Below, in pieces: positions 1-11,942 of a stretch of DNA of 64,000 bases. The notes below the pieces were generated by a model. That model had not been told where the DNA came from and did not search any database. It worked only from the letters and a program-made list of their open reading frames with translations. How positions within the stretch are numbered: the stretch's first letter is position 1; the number at the start of each line of letters is the position of its first letter. Location: NCBI RefSeq assembly GCF_964355755.1, contig NC_092676.1, positions 9,029,888 through 9,093,887 on the forward strand, in the 5' to 3' direction. Made by a program: the position numbers and the translations under genes. The DNA is from Antedon mediterranea. Lineage: Eukaryota > Animalia > Echinodermata.

Positions 1-207
1 AAAGAGAATTCTTAAAAGGATTAATTAACAAAATGATTAAAACATATGCAGTTCCAAGAAAAAGCAATATAATGCAAACATCTTAATGCTATATTGATAA
101 ACAATCTTGCCCACCCACTGCACCCAGCTGCATTACATTGTAGGTACATTGGAAAATAATAAAAAGTAAAGGAAAAGAAAACATGTCTAAAACATGACAG
201 GGTTACA
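1..207 (-). mobile_element. Part of the same LTR, cut by the window edge
   Basis: gggttaca|tcctcccct at 200-216; near-identical to 21685-21900. Confidence 0.65.
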
Positions 208-2278
208 TCCTCCCCTAACTTAAATTGCTACCTCCGGGAGCAAAAACACAAAATATCAAACATTACAAGTAGAGTCACCAGTCAAAGTGGAAAAAAAAAG
301 GATTAAAATCGTATCTGTTTAATTTATCTTGGTGAACAGGAAGTGTGATATAAACTCATTCTGCCTGGACACAATTTCAGTAATATTCACAATAACTTTT
401 TCGTTATTAAGTTGATTGCTATAGTCTTGAATTTTTTGAAGAATTATTATAGATTTTTTTGCAACAAAATCTTTCCAGTAGTTCAAAAGTTATGATAAAT
501 ATCTAATTTTTCTGAGATATCCTTGTGGCTATTCTAATTATTACACATACCCCACTGCTCAAATGCATGTTGGCTATTCCAAACTTGCTGGCTAGTCTGA
601 AGATAGTACAGTTGGTAGGGATTCTCATAGAAATATTTTCACTATAATATATCTATGGCATTCTCAATGTGTACACATAAGTAATTAAATAATTCCTTGC
701 TGTTGGAAGTTTATTTTTAATATCAATAAAGTAAATAACAAAATAAAGAATTAGCTATAATTATAACACATTTAAAATGAATGCCTTTTATAATTAGTTA
801 CCTAAAGTAACTTTACTCCACTTTTTTTTACATATAATATAATAATTTATTTGGAAGCTACACTTTTGAAACAGTGGCACACTTCTTGAATGAAGGTGCA
901 TCCAGAGTAAGTAAAATAAATAAATATTATTTAACAATAGGCCTATTAGTACAAGAGTCAACTTATTTGACAAAAGAACGCATTTCAATTAGTCAATTTA
1001 CATGTTGAAAAATAATCAAAATATTCATTAAGTACCTAAATATAATTAATAATTAATAATTAATTTCACTTTAATGTGTTTTTATTATTCTGTGCCTGCT
1101 AATTTTTTAGATAGACAATATAATGAACAAAGAACAGAATCCAATAAACATTAAAGGAAATGAACTAGGCCTACAGACCTATTGTTAATTGTAGACTCCT
1201 ATGAAAAGAAATTTGAAGAACAAAAGGCATAATGGGTGGAAACCATTATACAGAATATAATAGATGATATCAGTAATGTGTAAATGTACTGGTGGTGTAA
1301 AGAAAGGGTAAAACAAAAAGAGATATCTTTTGATTTGTTAAATCTAGGCCAGTAGGTAGGTAGGTCTGTTACCATGTTTGTTTAAAACAATCAGGACAGA
1401 CGATGGACTCGGACAGCCAGGCCCATAAATAAAATAGGGAGAGGCTTAGGCCATTCCTAGATCTAACCGCAAAATAATCAATTAAACTCTTAAAAATCAA
1501 TCTAACCCCAATAAACTGAACTTAAATAATCTTTTCTATATCAGTAAAATTGTGCGTGAACTATAGTCAAAACCCGCTAAAAACTGGGCCTGTCGCGTTG
1601 GGCCCAATGTTGGTAGCAGGCTACTTATCCATGTGTGTATTATCGTTGACATTTTCGTTGGAGATTTTCAGTGTAGTTTTGAAAAGAAATGATGTTAGTC
1701 TTATACTAATACTAAATTAATTAGATTATTTTACGGAAAATATATTTTTATTAAAATTATAATTTTAATCGCAGAAAATAAATTTTGGAGAGTATAATAT
1801 AAATAAAAAGCCTGATTGATAACAAAATAATTGCATCACCTTTTATTTTAACCTTGTGAAATGCGATTGTGTTTTGAAACTATAGGGTGGGTGTTTTCCA
1901 ATGTTATTTTTAGTGCGCATATTTTGCTCACCACCGGCATCTGTGCTTATTTTTGAAATACTTAATAATAGATAAAATACATTTTAATATATAATAATAT
2001 AAAATATATATTATATAATATAATTTTATTTATATGAATTTTATTGCGTATTTATTTTAAAATATGCAAATATGCCTCAATTATTAGTGACAAAGGACAA
2101 GGAAGCCCGGGTCAAAAACATATTCACACGTCGTCCACGATAAACACATTTTAAATTTAAAACAAAACATAGTAATTATTGTAATTTTGAATTGGTATAG
2201 GTCACATCTTTAAAATATAAGTTTCCTAATAATTATCTTCTAATGATCATGAATTATTATTAAAATAAAATATACATA

Positions 2279-4350
2279 TGTCACATGTCGCCCTGCCAAA
2301 CTAAACTTTATGAAAGGAGCTTTGCGCTGCGTGTGTAAACTCTCCAGAGTCAGGAGAGTTAGCCTGCTAATAGTTAACATATGGTAAATCAGTTGCTTAT
2401 ACATATACAAGTTAAGCTTAGTACTTACAAAATAAGAACATATCAATAGCTTAAACAAACTCTCAACCAAAACTGTAGTAACATAGCGAGAGCCAACAAA
2501 ACGAACAAAAAACCCGCTCTGCTTACGCACGGTCTTTTATCACACAGTGTCACCTGTATTCCAATTACAGAATGACTACGCAGCGCCCTCAATACTCAAT
2601 TCATCACATTTACATTGGAAGAATAGGGATGGAGCTTTGCGTCCGCAAACTCTCCAGAGTCACGAGAGAGTTAGCCTGCTAAACTTTACATTGGGAGAAT
2701 AGGAAATAGAGCTTTGCGTCCGTAAACTCTCCGGAGTCACGAGAGAGAGTTAGCCTGCTAAACTTTACCGGAAGGCGATTGTTTCGCCTGAACGGTTTTC
2801 TATTCAAAGCATACAGGCAAGCATTGCACTGGTAGGTGGGGGGAAGACAACAGATAGAACAGCATTCGTGTTCTAAGATCTTGGCTCTTTAAGGAAATTA
2901 AATATACTTTTCTAACTTTCAAAATACGTTATATTTGATGGATTTTTACAAATCAAGGATAAATTTGTATGTTTTAAATACTTCTAAACACATTTATCTT
3001 GTTTAAAGTGATGAAATATGTTTCTGAAAAAAGTTAGGATATGCTGTAAAAACTTGTAGTAGGCCTACACATGTTATCAGGGATGGGTTCAACAGACTGT
3101 GAAAGTTCAGTAATAGTAGGTTCAACAATAGGTTCAATAATAGGTTCAATATTAGGTTCAATAATAGGTTCAATAATAGGCGTATCATTAGGTAAATCAA
3201 TAATGGGACTTGGAAGAATCTCGGTATCTTCAAAACAAAGTTGAGAAACAGACACAGGCTCAGGGCAAGGTTGGAGGGATCATGGTGCGGAATCTAAACA
3301 AGATTGCGGGATGAGTAGAGGTTCAGAACAAGATTGCGGGATGAGTAGAGGTTCAGCACAAGCCACAGGAGAATCAAGGATAGTGACAGAAAGTTTAGGA
3401 CTGGGTACAGATGATACTGGGGAGTCAACTACAGCTGGCTCTACATCTGTTGCAACTTCACTTGCTTCTTTAACATCACACTCACAAAAACTGGCGTGAC
3501 TACAGACTCGATGCTCTCGTCAAAGGACGCATTTACAGGACTACTATCAGTGGAAACATTTCCAGCACTAATATGAGATATATAGCAGGAGTAGTTTCAT
3601 GGACAAATTCTTGGGCATCTACATTCAGCGGAAAATGGGGTGAAATGGAAGAAACTGTAAACGTTTCTACAGGGAGTGTGACTGAGAAGTCTAATGGGAC
3701 TAGCATTGTAACCTCCTTCTCACTGGATTCACCACTGTCATCATGCTCGCTCTCAGTGACATGAACTTTTGCCTTAGACCGCGTAATAGGGCGGTTTATC
3801 TTCTGTTTAGTAGGTTTTGCTGGTGGATCTTCTTTGTTTAAATAGTCGATGGGCAGAAGTATGTTTCGATGTAGTGTTCGTAGGCCTACTCGACCACTAT
3901 TTGATTCTGGCTTCACACGGAGTCCCACTTGTCAGCGAGTTTGTGTTTACCCTGTAGTCCCAGATTTCGAATCAACACTCGATCACCTGGATGAAGATCA
4001 TTGACTCGTACTTTCAAATCATGTCGAACTTTGTTCTTGCGTGCTGACTTCGCTGCCTCTTCAGATGCCATTTGATAGGCAAGCGATAGTTGGTCTCTCA
4101 GATCGTTGACGTACTTTATTGGGTCAGCGTTACCAAATCCATCTGGGCTAATTCCAAACCGTAAGTCAACAGGAAGTCTCGCCTCTCGTCCGAACATCAG
4201 AAAATAAGGTGAGAAACCTGTACTGTCATGCTTCATACAGTTGTAAGCATGAACCAAAGCACTGATATAGCGACTCCAGCTTTCCTTCTTTTCGCCTTCG
4301 AGTGTATACCTAACATATTCATTAAAGTTCGATTAAAGCGTTCAGGTTGT
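2279..4350 (-). mobile_element. Truncated Ty3/Gypsy retrotransposon: integrase C-terminal half, low-complexity tail and possible short LTR
   Basis: Translation QPERFNRTLMNML...LVHAYN...HDSTGFSPYFLMFGREARLPVDL...GDRVLIRN...GKHKLADKW...RTLHRNILLP is typical Gypsy integrase with a GPY/F region. Frames are broken near 4305 and 3920. Confidence 0.85.
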
Positions 4351-4899
4351 TCTAGATTAAACTCACTCACTCTCTTAACTATCTTTTAACTTCCCAGAGA
4401 CGAGAAGTGTTTACACCTACTTGTTCATTCCTTGCAAGACATGCTTCCTGATGATGTCATCATCATGTCAACCCAATCACGTGTGTCCTCCGCAAGTAAA
4501 AACGCACTTGATGAACTAGAAAAGGAAATAACTACAAAACTTAAAATTCTAACCGCTCACAAATTTGATGACAAAGTGGAAGAAGTGAAAGATGATAAAG
4601 AAAAAAAAAACAAAATCTGTAGAAGAGTGGAGGAAAGAGTTTAGACAAGACAAGAATATTTCTTACAAAAAACGCTGCTTGCTTATTTTTATTGCTAAGG
4701 TCAAGTCTGGGGGGTCACGTCATCAAGCCTAGATACTTAGAGTATCCTATTACAAACAAAAACTTCAATGGACTGTTTTGATAATAATTCAATGATTATC
4801 TGACAGTGAATTATAGTACCCATGTAATATCATGGGACTCATAAATACCAGAAATGCTTTGGGATTTGTTATTAGACTCTTTTCCCAGCCGTTTTTTGG

Positions 4900-5360
4900 A
4901 TTCAATACCTATAAATTATAGTCGAGTTTCCATTTTAACAAAAATGTCAAAGTGTAGTATTATACTGCTGCTTGATTTCATCTAATGAATGAGTTATCTC
5001 GTATGACGTAGCGGGCTAGAGCAGCAGCGTGAAAAAACTTAAAGAAGTGGAATCTTAATAAAAGTGATTGTTGCGAAAAGTGTTGTATAGAAAGAGAAAG
5101 TGAAAAACATATGTTGTACACCTGTAACAGCATTCAATCAGATTTGAGGAAGTTCCGTAAACTGATCGTTAAATGTATTCCGACTAATGAAACATTACGG
5201 TCAGGTTTCCCCGAATGGTAAGACATAATTATAGGAACTCAGAACACGCTTGTTAATGAACTCATCTCTTTATTTACATTTAGTATTTACAAATCTTTCA
5301 TTATTATAAAACAAGCAAACGGATTATCACTTGGAATTTATTTAAGATTTAATTAATAAA
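4900..5360 (+). mobile_element. Degenerate non-LTR retrotransposon ORF2 3' end (zf-RVT, L1/Tx1-like); also ~26330-26830 and ~46230-46710
   Basis: Frame from about 5040 reads LKKWNLNKSDCCEKCCIERESEKHMLYTC, a CCHC-type motif, then W*DIIIG...FSIYKS and an AATAAA near 5355. Confidence 0.55.
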
Positions 5361-8052
5361 AGCAATATTATGTTCAAAATGTAAAACTATACAATTTTAT
5401 AAAAGTATCCAAACAAAACATAATCTTATAATGCAATATACCATTTTATCATATTTATTTATATTATATCGAATCTCTTTTTAATACTGAATATCAATCT
5501 TTATATCGTTTTAGCTCTGTAATATAAATTTTCTCTGTATACATGTTTGTTTTATCTAGACTTCAACACAATTTCAAAATATTTTACATAATCTTCCTCT
5601 GTCTGTGTAATATCACTTAAATATTCATTGATAAATAGATAGATAGACAGACATATATACTGTAACCTTCACCATATTGTTGTTTATCATTGCAATAAAA
5701 GTGGGTTGCCCCCACAAAAGAGAAAAAAAATATATATTGCTGAAATTAAGCCTCAATAAATAATATTGTTGAGAAGAGGAACACATTTATACAGTATATA
5801 ACTATATCCCATTTTCATGCATAAAGCAATAGTATCTGCCTCTGAAGCACCACCATCAAGATATTATTTTTTTTAAATATATCCCATGTATAAGCAATAT
5901 TATTATCTATCTGCCTCTGACGTCTCCAAGCACCATGAACAAGCATTTTGGAACATTTTCATCCACGGTGACGCTTGTAATGTCTCCCGCCAATCTTGCG
6001 GCATCCATGGCCATTGCCACGTCAAAGTTGTACGCTCTGGATGAGGCATGATCGCCAGATGACGGCCATCTGCGGAGCAAATTGCCGCTACGCCATTGGG
6101 TGAGCCATTGGGGTTCAACGGGTATTCAGTTGTCACTTCTCCTTTGTCATCGACAAAGCGCACTGGTGCAAGATTTTCAGACAGAACTGTGTCTTTTGTT
6201 TCTTTGTTAGAAAACTTCATGTGCCCTAGAGAGAAACAATTTGAGTTGAGTAAATTTAATAACATTTTTAGTTAAATTAAAATATAAGTTTGTACTAAGC
6301 ATCCATCATTATCAAGAGGTATCAATATCTAACCTTCTCCATGCTGTGTCCAGACACCAAGCACAGAGCCTTCCATTCCTTTCAGCATTAAAGCAGGGCT
6401 TTCATTAATCTTTACAGCAACAAAACGAGACTCAAAACGCTCGGAAAGATTATGAGCAAGATGGACTCCTTGCTGAGCTGATGCTGCGTCTAAAAGACAA
6501 TAACAAATAATTCATAATAAACAGTCTGTCAACAAATGGATATCAAAAAGTAGTTCATATTTTCTTTTTATTTGTCAAAGAGGCATTACCTGCTTTACAC
6601 CGGTGTCCTACTACCACTAAACTACTTACTAAATATACCTCATGATACCTTACCTGTAGTAAGCTCCTTGGTGACATCTGGAGCAACCCAGCCTAGCAGG
6701 CCCATTAGTTGGCAGCCATTGCATACACCCAGTGAGAAAGTGTCTTTCCTTGCTCTAAATGCATCAAACTGAGCACGCACAGCTGGGTTGAACAAAATAG
6801 TTGCTGCCCAACCTAAAATGATTAATAAACATTATTTAAATAAACTAGAATAAATATTTATTTAGGTTACTATCTGTCTAATACTAGTATAATACTTGGT
6901 TACTGCTCCAGCATGTATTTTTGCTATGCTACAAAAAGTGCAATCAGAAAAATATACCTTTTGCAGAACCACAAACGTCTGCAAAACTGAAGCCACCAAC
7001 AAAAACTACTCCACGGAATTGATCGAGGGTGACTTTCCCGCAAGCTAAATCTTGCATATTGACGTCCCATGTTTCAAAGCCAGCCATGTGTAGTGTTGAA
7101 CTCATCTCTCGATCTCCATTACTGCCTTCCTCACGGATCACAGCAACCTTTGGTTTCATTCCATCTATGGAAGGCCAATTATGATTATGTATATGGTAAC
7201 TAATGAGCCAAATTTAACTCGTATTACTTTAACAAATTAAAATTCAGAACAAGATAATCAATATTCCAAAATTGGTTCTAACCTTTAGAGCATCCCTTTT
7301 TAACAGAATTCAAATTTGTTGCAACGGGGTAAAAGGTTAATTTAAATGGTGGTGCTGTTCTATTTGCTAAATTGCGTTGCTCCACTTCAACACACTCTGG
7401 ATTTGCTTGTAGTTTTTCCAGTTGAAAACTAGTCTCTTCCCACACGTCTCTAAGAACAGTCATCTTTTCATTCAAGACTTCTTTCTCATTTACCGAGATG
7501 ACAACCTATAATTTACATGTAAAATATTCAGATTCATTCTAAAAACCATCATAAATGATAAATGATCGTAAATAAATGTTCAAATATTGCTTCCATTTAA
7601 AAAAAAAAAAACTTACCATTGACCCTTGACCTGATCCACTAGAGTGACCAATTAGAGAACAAGGGACATTATTGTCACTGAACTGTCTACAAATGTCCTC
7701 ACTAGCATTAGCTGTTACTTCTAACACCAGCCCTACTTCTTCAGCAAACAGAATATCAATTGCAGTTACTGAAAATAAATATATAAAGTCTTACAATGTA
7801 TTATTGCTTACCAGAGGTTCTGGAACCATATGAAAGATTAAAATGACACTTTACAGATCCATTCGAGGCATTTATAGAGATAGCATAATGCTTACCATCA
7901 GGTTCGGAAAGTTTGACGTCAATACCACAATTCCCAGAAAACGCCATTTCTAATAATGTTGTTACAATACCGCCATCACTAATATCATGACCAGCTGATA
8001 TTTTTCTATCCACAAAAGGATACAAAAGACAAAGTTGAATTCATATCTCTAA

Positions 8053-8201
8053 AGCTCTGTCTACACTATCAAACTTTATGTGATGTGATATGCCCATATA
8101 TGGACATGATATCATATCACTACCATTTTTGGGCATTTCACTAGCCTATTTAGGCGCATCACATTTTTTTGTCAAACTAGTTTCATAGTGTAGACAGCGC
8201 T
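8053..8201. mobile_element. ~150-bp intronic MITE, Harbinger-like (also 29506-29654, 49402-49550)
   Basis: TIR agctctgtctacactatcaaac...gttt(c/g)atagtgtagacagcgct, flanked by taa/tta. Confidence 0.75.
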
Positions 8202-9502
8202 TTATATTATAACTACAAGTAAATGAATTTATTGTAAACGTCTAATTAATAAGTCTATGAAAATGACTACCTTTGATAAGATTTTGCGTTGTGTTGAAAG
8301 CCCTTACAAACGTTTCCGGTTCATCGAGATCAGGCGAGGATTGTCCGAGTTGATTATAGCACTGAGCGAGAGCACTACCACCTAACCGGTTATGCCTTTT
8401 ACCAAATGAAACCCAGAGCAAAGTCCCTGAAATAGAATATGTAAAGTCTTGTTTATAAATATATTATATTTTTTGTTTGTTTAGGTAGTTAATTTAATTG
8501 TACCTAACAAAATGTGCAATGTTATATTCACTTTACCTTTACTGTCTGGACATTTAAGGTCAGGGGTCACAGTTGCAGTAATATCTGGGCATGCCACATA
8601 CACAGACACAACCAATGCACCTAAAAAATTGTAATTGATATTTCATTATTAGTAAGTAAATGGGAAAAAAAAGTGTATTAGTGTATTCAAGCTTAACTTA
8701 TTAAAATAATTCACAAGATTGTACATCAGACACTATACTAGTTATTAACAAGCATGAAATGTCTAACCTGGAGCTTTGATCGTTTCAGAGCCTATCCTGG
8801 CAGCCATACTCAAAGAGTCCTTCCCACCATCCACAGCAACACCCAACTTGCCCATCACCTCGCATGCATCATACAATGCAGCACCCTCACCAGGAAGCTT
8901 CGCTGGCCACATCCAGTTACTGCTACATTTGACATCTTTAAGATCGGAGACCCTAGCAAACACAAGATTGGTAAGGGCTTCTCCTACAGACATCCTGGCA
9001 CCACAGCCAGGATCGACTAACCCTTTAATAGGCTGCTCTCCAATGGCTGTAGCTGAGCCTACAGTTTCAAAGTGGGAGAGTGCGATAACAGCAACATCAG
9101 CGAGTGGTGTGTGCAGGGGGCCTACACATTGCTGCTGGGCTATCAGGCCCGTGACAGCACGATCAACCTAACAGAAACAATATATCCTGGTTATACACTT
9201 TCCATATTCCTTCACACAAATAAATTATGCAATATTAAAGATAAACAGATCTTTACCTTATTAGTCAAAAATCTTTTACTGGCTACTGAAGGTAGACGCA
9301 GAACACGGTCGAGTGCACATCGGACAGTCAACCCATCAGGTAGTGTTAACTGCTTAAGTTTTGGTTTACATCGATCATACTTGAAAACCTGAGAGAAAAA
9401 AAAATATAATTCTATATAATTTTACAGACAGAAAGAGACACTATTATTATAACACATAATTATTTTCAATGGTTATTTATGATGAAATCTGTGAGATTGA
9501 GA

Positions 9503-9580
9503 AAAAGTGACCTCAGCTGAGATTTGAACCTGGAATCTTCTGCTTGATATGCAGACATCCTACCATTACACCACTGATGC
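9503..9580 (-). mobile_element. tRNA-derived SINE-like head in a PFAS intron (present in all units)
   Basis: Minus strand gcatcagTGGTGTAATGGtaggatg...caGGTTCAAATCtc...acttttt contains pol III A and B boxes, but no paired acceptor stem. Confidence 0.5.
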
Positions 9581-9999
9581 ATTCATGGTATGGTTCAAAC
9601 TTATTACCGACACTACTCTACTATCAAGTCTCCATCATACCTTTTGCGGCATCTTCCCAAGAACCCATTCAAGTTGGAGATCAACTGGATAAGTAAGTGC
9701 TGTTCTTTTTATGCTTGGAGGTTCTGCATCACCCTTACCAGCTTCCACTTTCTTTTCCACCTCAAGACGAATCTGAAACAAAACAAAATATTTTTGTATT
9801 GCAAAACTCTTATGCACTCTATCTGTGCATGAAAAGGCATTCTTCAAAATTAGTAACACTGTAGTATTTAAACGTGTTTTTTCATACTTATCCCACAGTA
9901 AGCACAAACTTGCCAATTACAGGATGGATAAAATATTTTATAGTTGATCGTGCTTATAAACTAAGTTTTATTTCAGGCTTAGGGAGTGAAGTTGAAAGA

Positions 10000-10068
10000 G
10001 TCGTGAGTTACAACCCTTGACCTTGGAATTGGAAGGCAAGCATGTTAAACCACCAAGCAACAGCTCCA
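10000..10068 (-). mobile_element. Degenerate tRNA-like SINE fragment
   Basis: Minus strand ...tggtggtttaacatgcttgccttccaa... resembles tRNA-Gly D and anticodon arms. The unit-2 copy also has gggttcaatc near 31490-31500. Confidence 0.35.
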
Positions 10069-11840
10069 CTAAAAAAATTTAGAATAAAGTAGGTAAAAAA
10101 AATCATCCAAATATTACCTTCCCATCACCTGTAATGTCACCAACAAAAACAGCTGGACATTTCTCTCTGTCACAAATATCTAGAAGTTTTTCTTGATCCT
10201 CAGATCGTATTAGTATGGCATTGGACTCCTGGTATTCTGCACCCCATAGTTCTAAGGTGTTGATGGTTGGATCACCTAGTTGGAATTCCTTAGCTTTTAT
10301 TAGAGCACCTGCAGGTTCACATATCTCCTTTAAAACATTACCTGTACACAAAAAAATGATTTAATTGGTCAGATGTTAGCCATAGTTTGACATAAAAATA
10401 AGTACATTTGTCTGACAAAGTGTCCCCTTAATAGGGATGTCCCAAATGAGGGGTGCTACTGTACTTAGTAAAATAATAAAAATAAGCACATTGCATGCAA
10501 ACTCACCATTGCCTCCAGCTCCTTGATCATGTATACTACATATAGGGTTTGTATCAACCATCTCAATGCACGCCCTTATAACTCGGTTTAGTTTCTGTTC
10601 CATCTCCGCATCACCGCGCTGCACGGCTTCGAAGTCCAGTTTTTCTGTATTGTCACCTTGAACTTGAATGGAAGATGCAGCGCCCCCACCGACTCCGATG
10701 CGATAGATTGGTCCACCAAGTTTTACAATTTTCATTCCTGCATGGTAAACAATTATTGATCAGTCAATAATTAGTTTTCAATGGAGAAATAAAAACAAAA
10801 TATTTTATCAGGTTACTATAATCTTATTTTATATGACAGACATATAATATCTATGTGGAGACAACAATAATAAGAATTGTACAGTATTTTTTATGGTGTT
10901 GTATTTAGTTTGTTTAACAAACCTTTTTCTGCTTCGTCTTTAGTCGCATGCATACTCTCAAGCATCCCAATACCCCCGCTGAACATAATGGGCTTGACCC
11001 ACTCTCTTCTGTCGCTCTCAGAAAGCATCATGCCAAATGAACGAGAGAAACCGGTTAGAACGGGTTCACCAAACTTGTTGCCGTAGTCAGATGCACCATT
11101 GCTGGCCTTTACAGCAACCGACAGAGCAGGCGCCATGTTGCTAGGATAAACCATATTTTTGTCCTCCCATGGAAGGTCATACCCTGTTTAAACAAATGTT
11201 CAATCAATGATAATAAATAATTAATTACACTGAATATATAACATTTATAAAAAGCAAAATTATGTAATTAAACAAGCAATTATGCCTGTTCACTGCATGC
11301 GTTACTTAATATCTTTCATCCCATACTCTATTTATACATATAAGTGCCAGTAAATGAATATCTTTTAATTGTTGTTACTTTGCAAATCTTTGATAAGGTT
11401 TATCCTTTATATCTGTATATTTGTTATGTTTTATTTTCTGTTATATTTGTATTTATTTTGATTTTTGAGCGAGTAAAGTCTGACATCAATTTTCATAAGG
11501 ACTACAAAATCTAATTTTTAGATTTATATAATTTACCTGGAATGTTCAAATTTCCAAAACAGTAGCCTGCAGTGCCAGCCACTACATGTGCCCCCTTCCC
11601 TGCAGCCTGAACATCACGTATCCTACCCCCAGTACCAGTTGTAGCCCCTGGGAAAGGTGCAACCCCAGTTGGAAAGTTATGGGTCTCTGCTGTGAAGATG
11701 ATATGCCTGAGTGGTTCAGATTCCTCCATCACACTTGCTGACCCGGGATTGGCTGGTTTGAGAACTTTGACCTTATGGCCTTTGATTGCACTGAAAATCA
11801 AGTAAAGTCATCAAAGTGAGAAAAAACAGACAACATTTAA

Positions 11841-11942
11841 AGCTCTGTCTGTCCCCAAATATGGTAGTGATATGACATCATCATATCCATATATGGGCAC
11901 ATCACATTTTTTTACATAAAAGTTGATAGTGTAGACAGAGCT
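11841..11942. mobile_element. Internally deleted member of the same MITE family (also ~33335-33437, ~53180-53281)
   Basis: agctctgtct...gatagtgtagacagagct; internal sequence is the reverse complement of part of 8053-8201. Confidence 0.7.

Noticed and set aside
551-596. Alternative frame LASKFGIANMHLSSG resembling adenylate kinase HLSSG
   Set aside because: Too short, spacing is off, and no P-loop or DLLR exon was found nearby.
3003-3499. Leu/Asn-rich, PIIE-repeat and MSRGS-repeat ORFs as host genes
   Set aside because: They come from 12-bp and 30-bp tandem repeats in the Gypsy tail.
9503-9580. Functional tRNA gene
   Set aside because: A and B boxes are present but the acceptor stem does not pair; more likely SINE-derived.
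8754-9832. Plus-strand ORFs of 80-135 aa (and copies in other units)
   Set aside because: Antisense shadows of PFAS exons with no recognisable motifs.
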